DNA from: a virus
Taxonomy: Duplodnaviria > Caudoviricetes
Reading direction: 5' to 3' (one strand)
Virus record (IMG/VR): IMGVR_UViG_3300007539_000021
Location: 1-58,982 of that record
DNA length: 58,982 nucleotides
The stretch's first letter is position 1, and the number at the start of each line of letters is the position of its first letter. The notes below the pieces were generated by a model. That model worked only from the letters and a program-made list of their open reading frames with translations, was not told where the DNA came from and did no database searches. Both the position numbers and the translations under genes were made by a program. Shown one piece after another: positions 18,004 through 25,379 of the stretch.

Positions 18004-19109
18004 TGAGTGCCAAAGATAAAACTTATACTCCTTCGGAAGCTATCGAAGGTATGTTGGAAATTACTCCAATGAAAAGTGCAGACGGAACGGACTTAGTTCC
18101 TTGCTTACTCGGTGGAGTAGGTATCGGTAAGTCCTCTCTTGTCGAACAATATGCTAAGACTCTCGCTAATGGTCGAAAGCTTGTCTACGGAAAAATAAAT
18201 CCGAGTGAGGACGAGTTCTCTCTCATTGACTTGAGGATTGCAGACTTGGAGCCGGAGGACACGAGAGGTGTTCCGGTGGTTGATATGGCTGACGGACAGC
18301 CGGTACAACGTCTCGCTCAATTACAAAACTTGCCGGTCTCCGGAAGTGGAGTTTTGTTTCTTGACGAGTTCGCACAAGCTACTCCGGAAATGCAAAAGAT
18401 TGCCGGACGTGGTGTGCGTGAAAGGATTATTGGCGAAACAAAAATCTCTGACGGATTTAAAATTGTTTTAGCCGGTAATAGACAGACCGATAGAGCCGGA
18501 GCAAATTCTATCCTCGCTCACTTGTTAGACAGAGTGATAGAAATGCACGTGGAAGGCGATACTAATTCTTGGTTAGCTTGGGCAACGAAGAATGATGTAC
18601 ACCCTCTGATAACTTCGTTCATAAACTATCAGCCTCAGTTCTTGAATATGTTCGACCCTAAGTTGAAAGAGAGTCAGAGTTCCTCAAGGACTTGGTCAAT
18701 GGCTAGTCCGATAGTCCGAAGGTATGAGAACGATTTGACTAACTCAATGTTCGGTAAGCTTATGAGTGGTTGTGTTGGCTCAGAGAGTACGGCTGAGTTC
18801 TTAACGTTCGTTAACCTCATGCAAAACGTTCCGTCTCTTGACGACATTGTGAGTGGCGAGGACGTGGAAGTTCCGGAAGGAGTTGGTCTGCAATATGCGA
18901 CTTGCTGTGGACTCGTTAAGGTCTTGTCTGAGTGCAAGGACAAGGACTTAGTTTCCTATTGGGAAAATTCTCTCAAGTATGTTGAGAAGTTCCCAACGGC
19001 TGAGTTCGGTATCTACTTCGTACGTTCTTGTGTTGGAGCAAGACCGGAGTTGGAGAAGAGCAAGGCGTTCGGACAATTCCGTGTTGATAACCAAAACCTA
19101 ATTCTGTAG
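18003..19109 (+). CDS. MoxR/CobS-like AAA+ ATPase
   Basis: Walker A GGVGIGKS, IDLR..DLEPEDTRGVP, Walker B LFLDE, LAGNR, sensor LLDR. Confidence 0.9.
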   Translation: MSAKDKTYTPSEAIEGMLEITPMKSADGTDLVPCLLGGVGIGKSSLVEQYAKTLANGRKLVYGKINPSEDEFSLIDLRIADLEPEDTRGVPVVDMADGQPVQRLAQLQNLPVSGSGVLFLDEFAQATPEMQKIAGRGVRERIIGETKISDGFKIVLAGNRQTDRAGANSILAHLLDRVIEMHVEGDTNSWLAWATKNDVHPLITSFINYQPQFLNMFDPKLKESQSSSRTWSMASPIVRRYENDLTNSMFGKLMSGCVGSESTAEFLTFVNLMQNVPSLDDIVSGEDVEVPEGVGLQYATCCGLVKVLSECKDKDLVSYWENSLKYVEKFPTAEFGIYFVRSCVGARPELEKSKAFGQFRVDNQNLIL

Positions 19110-19123
19110 GTCTTGGTTTTTTT
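19089..19123 (+). terminator. Intrinsic terminator overlapping the AAA gene stop
   Basis: AACCAAAACCUA-AUUCUG-UAGGUCUUGGUU followed by a U run. Confidence 0.6.
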
Positions 19124-19129
19124 GGAAGT

Positions 19130-19164
19130 GAGAGAAATATTTTACTAGTAAGATAGTTTCTCTC
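19130..19164. promoter_or_regulatory. 30-bp palindromic motif, copy 2
   Basis: GAGAGAAATATTTTACTAGTAAGATAGTTTCTCTC, 6 nt before hammerhead 2. Confidence 0.75.
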
Positions 19165-19170
19165 GCTCCC

Positions 19171-19230
19171 ATAAACTGATAATCGAGTGTGACTCGGTCT
19201 GACGATTACGAGAGTATGAAATCAGTTTAT
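19171..19230 (+). ncRNA. Type III hammerhead ribozyme 2 (predicted AUA cleavage after 19181)
   Basis: 10-bp stem III AUAAACUGAU/AUCAGUUUAU; stem I AUCGAG/CUCGGU with loop UGUGA; core CUGACGA; stem II U-UAC-GAGA-GUA-U; GAAA. Confidence 0.85.
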
Positions 19231-19255
19231 TAACTTTTTTTTCATGGAGGTATAT

Positions 19256-20212
19256 ATGAAAAAAGATAAAACTTTAGAGTCTGTTTTTTCAGACTCGTTT
19301 GTTAAGGTGGTCTTTCGCAGAGGTTTACCCTCTGACCAAAAGGTCAATCCTAAAAGCAAGAAGGAGTTAGCAAAGATGTTCAAGTCTGACCCTTCAATGC
19401 ACACGGCTTCGGACTATTTGTTTCCGGAGAAAATCAATTCCTATTTTAGGAAATACTTCGTAGCGTTTGAGACGACTGTGTTCAAGCCGTTGTCGTATCC
19501 TTGGTCGGACGGAGATACTAACTCTTCCCAATGGAGGATTATCCCTAACGACAAAGTGACTCAGTTGGAGAAACTCTACAAGCAACACAAGGCAATGTTT
19601 GAAAAAGCAGTTGACTCGTTTTGTTCCAATTACGATTGGCATATTGAAAATGCCAAGAAGAAATTGGGAGAAGCTTTCAACATCAATAACTATGATGATG
19701 TAGAAACTTTCAGAGCGAAGTGCAAATTTGAAATACAGTTTGGAGCCTTTGAGTCTGTGACATTTTCTAATGACGCTAGAGTTCAATTGTCTGCCGAGCA
19801 ACGTTCAATGATTGAGAGTCAAGTTGCGAGTAATTTCAAAGAGACTCACAACATGATTGCCAAAGAGCAAATGGACAGTCTGACTGTGGCTCTCGACAAT
19901 GTCTTAATTGCAATGGACAAGGAAGGCAACAAAGGGTCGTTCTTTAAACGTGCAGTCTTTGATAACCTCAAGTCTAAAGTTGAGGACGTTCAAAGTATCA
20001 ACGACAAGCTTCTTAAAAGTAAGAAATTGTCCGGTGTGATATCTCAAGTGACTGCGACCTTGACCAAGGTCTCGAACGGCATAGAGTCTCTCAAAGGCAA
20101 GGACGACCTTGCAGTTGAAAACCGAGAGTCTATGAAAGAAGAGATAACCTCTGCCAAGAAAAGTCTTAACGACTCTATCTTCGGTGGACTAATGGGAGGC
20201 GACAATGAGTGA
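19256..20212 (+). CDS. Helical hypothetical protein (possibly DUF3150-like partner of AAA/VWA modules)
   Basis: GGAGG RBS; lies between the AAA and VWA genes; family call inferred mainly from context. Confidence 0.6.
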   Translation: MKKDKTLESVFSDSFVKVVFRRGLPSDQKVNPKSKKELAKMFKSDPSMHTASDYLFPEKINSYFRKYFVAFETTVFKPLSYPWSDGDTNSSQWRIIPNDKVTQLEKLYKQHKAMFEKAVDSFCSNYDWHIENAKKKLGEAFNINNYDDVETFRAKCKFEIQFGAFESVTFSNDARVQLSAEQRSMIESQVASNFKETHNMIAKEQMDSLTVALDNVLIAMDKEGNKGSFFKRAVFDNLKSKVEDVQSINDKLLKSKKLSGVISQVTATLTKVSNGIESLKGKDDLAVENRESMKEEITSAKKSLNDSIFGGLMGGDNE

Positions 20213-21689
20213 TTACAACGTTGCACAAAGACGTCCGGAGTACATGGGTCAGACGGCAGAGCAAGTCATAACAAAAGCTAAGTCTCAGCTAATGGACTCG
20301 GCTACCGGTATGACTTCTATTCTCTTAGGACTTGACCTCATTGAGGACGAGTCCATTGGGACAATGGCTACGGACGGCAAGAGTATTATTTACTCTCCGG
20401 ATTTCACTTTGTCTATGAAGTTCGACCAAATAAAAGGAGTCTTAATTCACGAGGCTCTTCACGTTGTTTGGGGACACCATATACGAAGGTGTGAAGGTGG
20501 TCTTGAGAGACACCCTAAGCTTTGGAACATTGCTACTGACTATGCAATCAATTCATATATTGTTTATGACTTGCATTTAGATTTACCGGAAGGTGGTCTG
20601 CTTGATAGGAAGTATCAATCATGGTCGGCTAATGCAATCTATGACTTCTTGTATGCGAATGACGAGGAGTTGGAGAAAGCAAAGTCTCAGGTTGAGCAAG
20701 GACTAGGTCAAGAGTCAGACGAGCAAGGCGAGTCTGAGTCAGGCGAGTCTGAGTCAGGCGAGGACGAAGGTCAGGGCGAAGGTCAAGACGAAGGTCAAGA
20801 CGAAGGTCAGGGTCAGGGTCAGGGTCAGGACGAGAGTCAGGACGAGGACGAAGGCGAAGGTCAAATGTCCGGACAAGGTGGAGTCAATCTTGACGACTTA
20901 CCTCAGCCGGTTGGTGGTGTCATTGACATGAAGGGCGAAGAAGGACAAGACCTCACTCCTCAAGAAGTTCGAGAGGAGCAGACGAGACTTGACCAACAAG
21001 TTCTTATGGCAGAGAAACTTGAAGGAATGAAAGGAGACTCAGGCAACGTTGACTACCTAGGAGGCAGAGCCGGAGAAATCAAGAAACCTCAAGTTGCTTG
21101 GAACGATTACTTGAGAGAGATACTGACCTCTCGTAAATCTAACAAGAGGTCTTACGCTCGACTCAATAAGAAGTACCAACACTCCGGACTAATCTTGCCG
21201 TCAAAGAAACGTGAGAACGAAATCAAAAACGTTGTCATTTTGAATGACGTATCAGGCAGTACCGAATGGTGTCGTGATGAATTCATTACAGAGACCATGA
21301 CGTTGCTTGAGGAGTTTGCAGTTGAGAAACTGTGGGTCGGAAGGTATGCCTCTAACGCTTTTAGAAATGAGCAAGGAGAATACTTCGACTTGTTCGACAC
21401 GACTCAAGGAGACTGTATGCCGGACAAGGATACGTTCCCATGTCATGGCTCCGGTGGTACTTATGGTGTTGCCGGTTTCAATGCTTTCCTATCTAAGCTT
21501 GAAGAGAGAGACGAGGTTGACTTGCTCATTCACTTCTCAGACGGAGAGGACTACTTTGAAATGGAAGAGTTGGACGAGCCTATGCCGGACAATCTTCCGG
21601 TCATTCACGTCTTTACTGTTGAAGGTAGCTACGGCTTCTCTAATCCGGATAGGGATATGCCTTTTGGCGAGAGGGTGTTCATCAAGTGA
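20205..21689 (+). CDS. Metallopeptidase-like + VWA domain protein (DUF2201-like)
   Basis: TMATDG...HEALH...WNIATDYAIN; acidic G/Q/E linker; MIDAS DVSGS, GGT, FSDG. Confidence 0.85.
   Translation: MSDYNVAQRRPEYMGQTAEQVITKAKSQLMDSATGMTSILLGLDLIEDESIGTMATDGKSIIYSPDFTLSMKFDQIKGVLIHEALHVVWGHHIRRCEGGLERHPKLWNIATDYAINSYIVYDLHLDLPEGGLLDRKYQSWSANAIYDFLYANDEELEKAKSQVEQGLGQESDEQGESESGESESGEDEGQGEGQDEGQDEGQGQGQGQDESQDEDEGEGQMSGQGGVNLDDLPQPVGGVIDMKGEEGQDLTPQEVREEQTRLDQQVLMAEKLEGMKGDSGNVDYLGGRAGEIKKPQVAWNDYLREILTSRKSNKRSYARLNKKYQHSGLILPSKKRENEIKNVVILNDVSGSTEWCRDEFITETMTLLEEFAVEKLWVGRYASNAFRNEQGEYFDLFDTTQGDCMPDKDTFPCHGSGGTYGVAGFNAFLSKLEERDEVDLLIHFSDGEDYFEMEELDEPMPDNLPVIHVFTVEGSYGFSNPDRDMPFGERVFIK
20700..20865 (+). 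repeat. Coding low-complexity repeat (GQ/GE/DE linker)
   Basis: gagtctgagtcaggc x2, gaaggtcaagac x2, cagggt x3. Confidence 0.8.
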
Positions 21690-21749
21690 ACACCTTTTCC
21701 CCGAAAGTTTTACACCATGTTTGACAATTTGTGTTTCGGAATGTCGCTA

Positions 21750-21779
21750 GAGAAAGTATTTACTAGTAAATATTTTCTC
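21750..21779. promoter_or_regulatory. 30-bp palindromic motif, copy 3 (consensus-like)
   Basis: GAGAAAGTATTTACTAGTAAATATTTTCTC; flanks extend the hairpin (UUCGGAAUGUC/GACGUUUCGGG); ~36 nt before hammerhead 3. Confidence 0.8.
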
Positions 21780-21815
21780 GCAGGGACGTTTCGGGACGCA
21801 GATTTTCACCTCTGA

Positions 21816-21875
21816 AAAACTGATAATCAAGTGTGTGCTTGGTCTGAATGATTACAAAAGTATGAAATCAGTTTT
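21816..21875 (+). ncRNA. Type III hammerhead ribozyme 3, core-insertion variant (predicted AUA cleavage after 21825)
   Basis: Stem III AAAACUGAU/AUCAGUUUU; stem I AUCAAG/CUUGGU with loop UGUGUG; core CUGAAUGA (one extra nt); stem II U-UAC-AAAA-GUA-U; GAAA. Confidence 0.75.
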
Positions 21876-21902
21876 ATTAACTTAATCTTTATAGGAGGTA
21901 CT

Positions 21903-22631
21903 ATGGAAGATTTAAAACTACAGTTGTGGTTAGCCAAAGACGGAATGTTTACAGAAGTCTGTAAGCATGACGACCACACCAAATGGGACATTTCTTTTTT
22001 AAGAAGTGTGAGACATCAATTAGACATGAAGGGTAGCTTGTCCGAGAAACAATGGACTATGGTTGCGAAGATACGAGACAAAGTTCTTGCTCCTCCAAAA
22101 CCTAAAGAGACTATTCAAGTCAACGAGATAAGCAAAGTGTTGGAGTTCCTAAACAGAGTTCCTAACTTTTCATCTATCAGAGTTGCTATGTCTGTTCCAA
22201 TTGCCGGAGGTAGTTCCGGAAATGCTGATTGGTTTTTGAAGATGTACGTTGCTACTGACAAGTCAAAGTTTGAAGGTCAGTTGCAGTTGCTCGTCAGTTG
22301 TGACCCTGACTTTCAATATAGCAAAGAGTATCTTGGTAGGGTGGACTTGAACGGATTGTTCTTTCCTCACTTTAGATACTCCAATGTTCAGTTGGACTTC
22401 GAGAAACAAGCAATCAAAGACGAGGCAGTCAAGACTCTAAATGCAATTGCCCTTGACCCTGAGAAAGTTGTCCGAGAGTTCGGACAGTTGACCGGTCAAT
22501 GTTCTTTCTGCAAAAGGAGATTGTCTGACGATATCTCAAAAGCGTACGGATACGGAAAGCATTGTGCTAAGAAGTATTCGTTAACGTATCCGACTAAAAA
22601 ACAATTTGAAATGCAAGGAGGTGTAGCATGA
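21903..22631 (+). CDS. DUF6011-like Zn-finger protein
   Basis: C-terminal GQCSFCKRRLSDDISKAYGYGKHCAK; AGGAGG RBS. Confidence 0.7.
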   Translation: MEDLKLQLWLAKDGMFTEVCKHDDHTKWDISFLRSVRHQLDMKGSLSEKQWTMVAKIRDKVLAPPKPKETIQVNEISKVLEFLNRVPNFSSIRVAMSVPIAGGSSGNADWFLKMYVATDKSKFEGQLQLLVSCDPDFQYSKEYLGRVDLNGLFFPHFRYSNVQLDFEKQAIKDEAVKTLNAIALDPEKVVREFGQLTGQCSFCKRRLSDDISKAYGYGKHCAKKYSLTYPTKKQFEMQGGVA

Positions 22632-22933
22632 CAGAAGTTAAAGAAGAGATGTTATATATAGATGAACGTATAGTTCTGAAAGATATAGTCAACGACTTGG
22701 TATTGGCAGTTGATGTCATTAAGAGGTTAAGTAAACAATTGTCTTATCGAGTAGATAATATCCAAAGACTAGACGCTATAAGTCTAGACGAGGTTGAGTC
22801 TATTCGAGACTATCTTGACTCTATTCTTAGGTTGTCCGTGGAAAGCGTTGACGACTTTCAACAAGGAGCCGACCATTTATCAGACTTGGTTGTTGCTATC
22901 AAAGACAACAGAAAGTCCGGAGGTGGAGCATGA
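22628..22933 (+). CDS. Hypothetical protein
   Basis: AGGAGG RBS, ATGA coupling. Confidence 0.7.
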   Translation: MTEVKEEMLYIDERIVLKDIVNDLVLAVDVIKRLSKQLSYRVDNIQRLDAISLDEVESIRDYLDSILRLSVESVDDFQQGADHLSDLVVAIKDNRKSGGGA

Positions 22934-23214
22934 GTTATATCGACAATAAGACAATCCAAAAATGGTCAAAGCAGAGGTACAAGCTTATGCAAAAGTCTGC
23001 AAGGAAGGTTGACGTTCTGCTCACAATTCCGGTGGAAGAAGCTATAGCTATAGCAACACTTCTTGAAGTCTTGATTGAGTCTGCTAGTGGCTCAGAGCCT
23101 TTGGAGTTTTGGAAGAGTGATGAAGAAGTTGTAAAGATTTGTAATTCAGTTTTGAAATTACTCGACAAAGGAAAAGTCAAAGTCTCGGAGGTGGAAGATG
23201 AAAAGACTACTTAG
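22930..23214 (+). CDS. Hypothetical protein
   Basis: GGAG RBS, ATGA coupling. Confidence 0.7.
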   Translation: MSYIDNKTIQKWSKQRYKLMQKSARKVDVLLTIPVEEAIAIATLLEVLIESASGSEPLEFWKSDEEVVKICNSVLKLLDKGKVKVSEVEDEKTT

Positions 23215-23767
23215 GTTTAAGTTCTACCCTCGTGGTGGATTAATGGGCAGAGCCGGTATTATCCATGGCGAAAGCTTTGCTGAGTTAGTTCCTCAAGTGG
23301 AAGAGATTATGTTCTCAGAGTCAAAGCCTTATGGAAAATACTTTGTGTTCAAGGACGACTACAGAAGTGGGCAGTTTGAAATCGCTAGTGAGGTTTCAAA
23401 GTTTAGGTCTCGCTCCGGCAGACCTATGGCTTTCAGTATGGTCTTTCGTCACTACGCAATGTTAAGACAAGCCGGTTGTTATGACCCTGACCTTTCTATT
23501 GCAGAGATAGACGAGAAGTATCACAAGTTCTTGAATAACAAAAAGAACAAAAAAGATATTGAGTTGTTTCGCTATGCCAATACTCACTTCACAATAACTC
23601 ATACTCCTATTGCTGAGTTATTTCTAAAGTGGCTTGATAAGTTTGGGACGGAAGAAGATTTGAAAGTTCTAGATGATTTTTTACATCATGGCAATATGTA
23701 TACTCCGACTGAACAGTTTGAGAAAGGTATTAGATATAGATTAAAAAATATAAAACAGTCTGCTTAA
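23198..23767 (+). CDS. Hypothetical protein
   Basis: GGAGG RBS; last gene before a strong terminator. Confidence 0.7.
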   Translation: MKRLLRFKFYPRGGLMGRAGIIHGESFAELVPQVEEIMFSESKPYGKYFVFKDDYRSGQFEIASEVSKFRSRSGRPMAFSMVFRHYAMLRQAGCYDPDLSIAEIDEKYHKFLNNKKNKKDIELFRYANTHFTITHTPIAELFLKWLDKFGTEEDLKVLDDFLHHGNMYTPTEQFEKGIRYRLKNIKQSA

Positions 23768-23771
23768 AATT

Positions 23772-23820
23772 AGCCGAGGCTATGTGGTATTTATTTACTG
23801 CATAGTCTCGGTTTTTTTTT
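23772..23820 (+). terminator. Intrinsic terminator ending the early operon
   Basis: AGCCGAGGCUAUGUGGUA...UACUGCAUAGUCUCGGU followed by a long U tract. Confidence 0.9.
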
Positions 23821-23901
23821 GGCTCAAAATTTCTAGAGATGATGACATTTTTCAGGTTTGTTCTCCTGCGACTTTACATTTTTTTATGACAATCCCTTGT
23901 T

Positions 23902-23931
23902 GAGAAAGTATTTACTAGTAAATATTTTTTC
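23902..23931. promoter_or_regulatory. 30-bp palindromic motif, copy 4
   Basis: GAGAAAGTATTTACTAGTAAATATTTTTTC, intergenic; flanked by complementary TCCTGCG/CGCAGGA. Confidence 0.8.
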
Positions 23932-24086
23932 ACGCAGGATAAATCTGGCTGTGGAATACAACAAAGTTTGTGAAAAAAATCAACAGCAGATAGTTATTTT
24001 TACGCTATAAAAACTAATCGTATTATTCCGTATGATTATTAAGTGGCTGACGTATACCGGTCTTAATATAAATGGCTGACGTATGC

Positions 24087-24116
24087 TTGTCAGGTCATAT
24101 CATAATGCTATATAAT
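24087..24116 (+). promoter_or_regulatory. Sigma70-type promoter, preceded by tandem TGGCTGACGTAT boxes (24044, 24073)
   Basis: TTGTCA-18 bp-TATAAT. Confidence 0.65.
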
Positions 24117-24122
24117 GTGGAT

Positions 24123-24262
24123 AAGTTCGTGTCCTTTGCACGAACACCTCCTAAGAAAACAAAGACTTGAGGCAGAGTCTTTGGAAGTTAAAAGATTGGA
24201 GGCAGACTTGAACATAGATAATTCTCCAAAGTTCTTCTATCAAGTTTGTCTCCTTTTTTTTA
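24123..24262 (+). ncRNA. Candidate ~140-nt small RNA with exposed anti-SD (CACCUCCU)
   Basis: Between a promoter and a U8 tract; hairpins GUUCGUGU/GCACGAAC, AAAGACU/AGUCUUU, 14-bp GGAGGCAGACUUGA/UCAAGUUUGUCUCC. Confidence 0.55.
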
Positions 24263-24284
24263 TGCTAGTTCCTTGCTATCTATA

Positions 24285-24293
24285 TGATATAAT
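24285..24293 (+). promoter_or_regulatory. Extended -10 promoter predicting a leaderless mRNA at 24300
   Basis: TGaTATAAT ending 7 nt before the ATG; no SD sequence. Confidence 0.6.
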
Positions 24294-24299
24294 CATCTG

Positions 24300-24590
24300 A
24301 TGTATGCAGTTGTCAGACACACTTTTGAGTTAACTATCCCTGAGCCTTTTGTTAAATCTTCTCAGAAAAGTTTTGGGGATTGGAAATATAAAGTGTGGAC
24401 GTTTGACACCTATGAGGAGGCGAGTAAGTTTGCATTTAAACTTTTATTGGTAGAGCCTTTGCTTAGGTATGACGAGCAATCGTATCACAACGCAATGAAT
24501 TCTCTTGCCGAGAATGGATACTATACCTTGGGTAAAGAAAGCATAGCGATAGCAGAAGTAGAAGATAAAATTACAAGTGAGGATACCTAA
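24300..24590 (+). CDS. Hypothetical protein
   Basis: ORF coupled (TAATG) to the Arc-like gene. Confidence 0.7.
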   Translation: MYAVVRHTFELTIPEPFVKSSQKSFGDWKYKVWTFDTYEEASKFAFKLLLVEPLLRYDEQSYHNAMNSLAENGYYTLGKESIAIAEVEDKITSEDT

Positions 24591-24871
24591 TGGCTAATAG
24601 TATTTTTATAAGATGTAGTGAGGACACTTGGAAACTTGCGAACAAAATAGCAGAGAAGGACTCTCGTTCTTTGAACAAGCAAGTCATTCATTTAATACAT
24701 CAAGAGGCTGAGAGGCGAGGCATTGTATTGACTGAGGCTGAAAACCAACCTGAGGAAGTGCAAGAAGAATTTGCAATAGAAGAATACAACCCTGACACAG
24801 TTGTACAACCTATGACTGACTCTACGAAGTCTCCTTTAGAAAGGCTTTCTGAAATAACGAAACCGGACTAG
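24590..24871 (+). CDS. Arc-like ribbon-helix-helix DNA-binding protein
   Basis: SIFIRCSEDTWKLANKIAEKDSRSLNKQVIHLI fits the Arc beta-alpha-alpha pattern (RSxN). Confidence 0.75.
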   Translation: MANSIFIRCSEDTWKLANKIAEKDSRSLNKQVIHLIHQEAERRGIVLTEAENQPEEVQEEFAIEEYNPDTVVQPMTDSTKSPLERLSEITKPD

Positions 24872-25379
24872 TCTCGTTAACATACCACAGTTGAAGTAAA
24901 GCCTCGGCACAATCAACAATCACATTATATTCTGACTCGGTAATTCTTTTAGGATTACCGGTCATTATTCTATAAAACACTTTCTCTTTTTCATTTCCAC
25001 ATAGCTCCTGAAGTTGTTTCACAGGGGGAGAAAGTACAATTGAGCGTGGCATAGCCCTTTGCAGAAAGTAATTACTAGTAAATATTTTCTCCATGGAGGG
25101 TGGAGCTGAAGCGAAACAACCTGATTTAGATAACAAGTTATAGTATTTATCACATACCATGTGTTGTCTTTCGTTCAGATAATCTTGGATATAAAGCTTG
25201 TCTATTATGTGTTGGTCAAAGACAATTGCCTGACCTATACGAGAGTTGTCTATCTTTTGGACTTGGACTTTATGTCTCTTGTGTAAGTAAGGATTGCCTA
25301 CATCATTTACGTAGACTTCGTCTCTAGAAATCCCAATCGTAGTCGTCAGTTTCTTCTTGAGTCTCAGAGTATCTTCCAT
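24822..25379 (-). CDS. Hypothetical protein downstream of primase-helicase
   Basis: 185-aa ORF overlapping the helicase end; true start uncertain. Confidence 0.6.
   Translation of the reverse strand: MEDTLRLKKKLTTTIGISRDEVYVNDVGNPYLHKRHKVQVQKIDNSRIGQAIVFDQHIIDKLYIQDYLNERQHMVCDKYYNLLSKSGCFASAPPSMEKIFTSNYFLQRAMPRSIVLSPPVKQLQELCGNEKEKVFYRIMTGNPKRITESEYNVIVDCAEALLQLWYVNETSPVSLFQKAFLKETS
25062..25091. promoter_or_regulatory. 30-bp palindromic motif, copy 5 (intragenic)
   Basis: CAGAAAGTAATTACTAGTAAATATTTTCTC. Confidence 0.7.

Noticed and set aside
21721-21750. TTGACA as a promoter -35 ahead of palindrome 3
   Set aside because: No -10-like hexamer at 16-18 bp spacing
24115-24300. 61-aa ORF from the ORF track
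   Set aside because: Non-ATG start overlapping the -10 box, no RBS, and it crosses a terminator-like U tract; better explained as structured RNA
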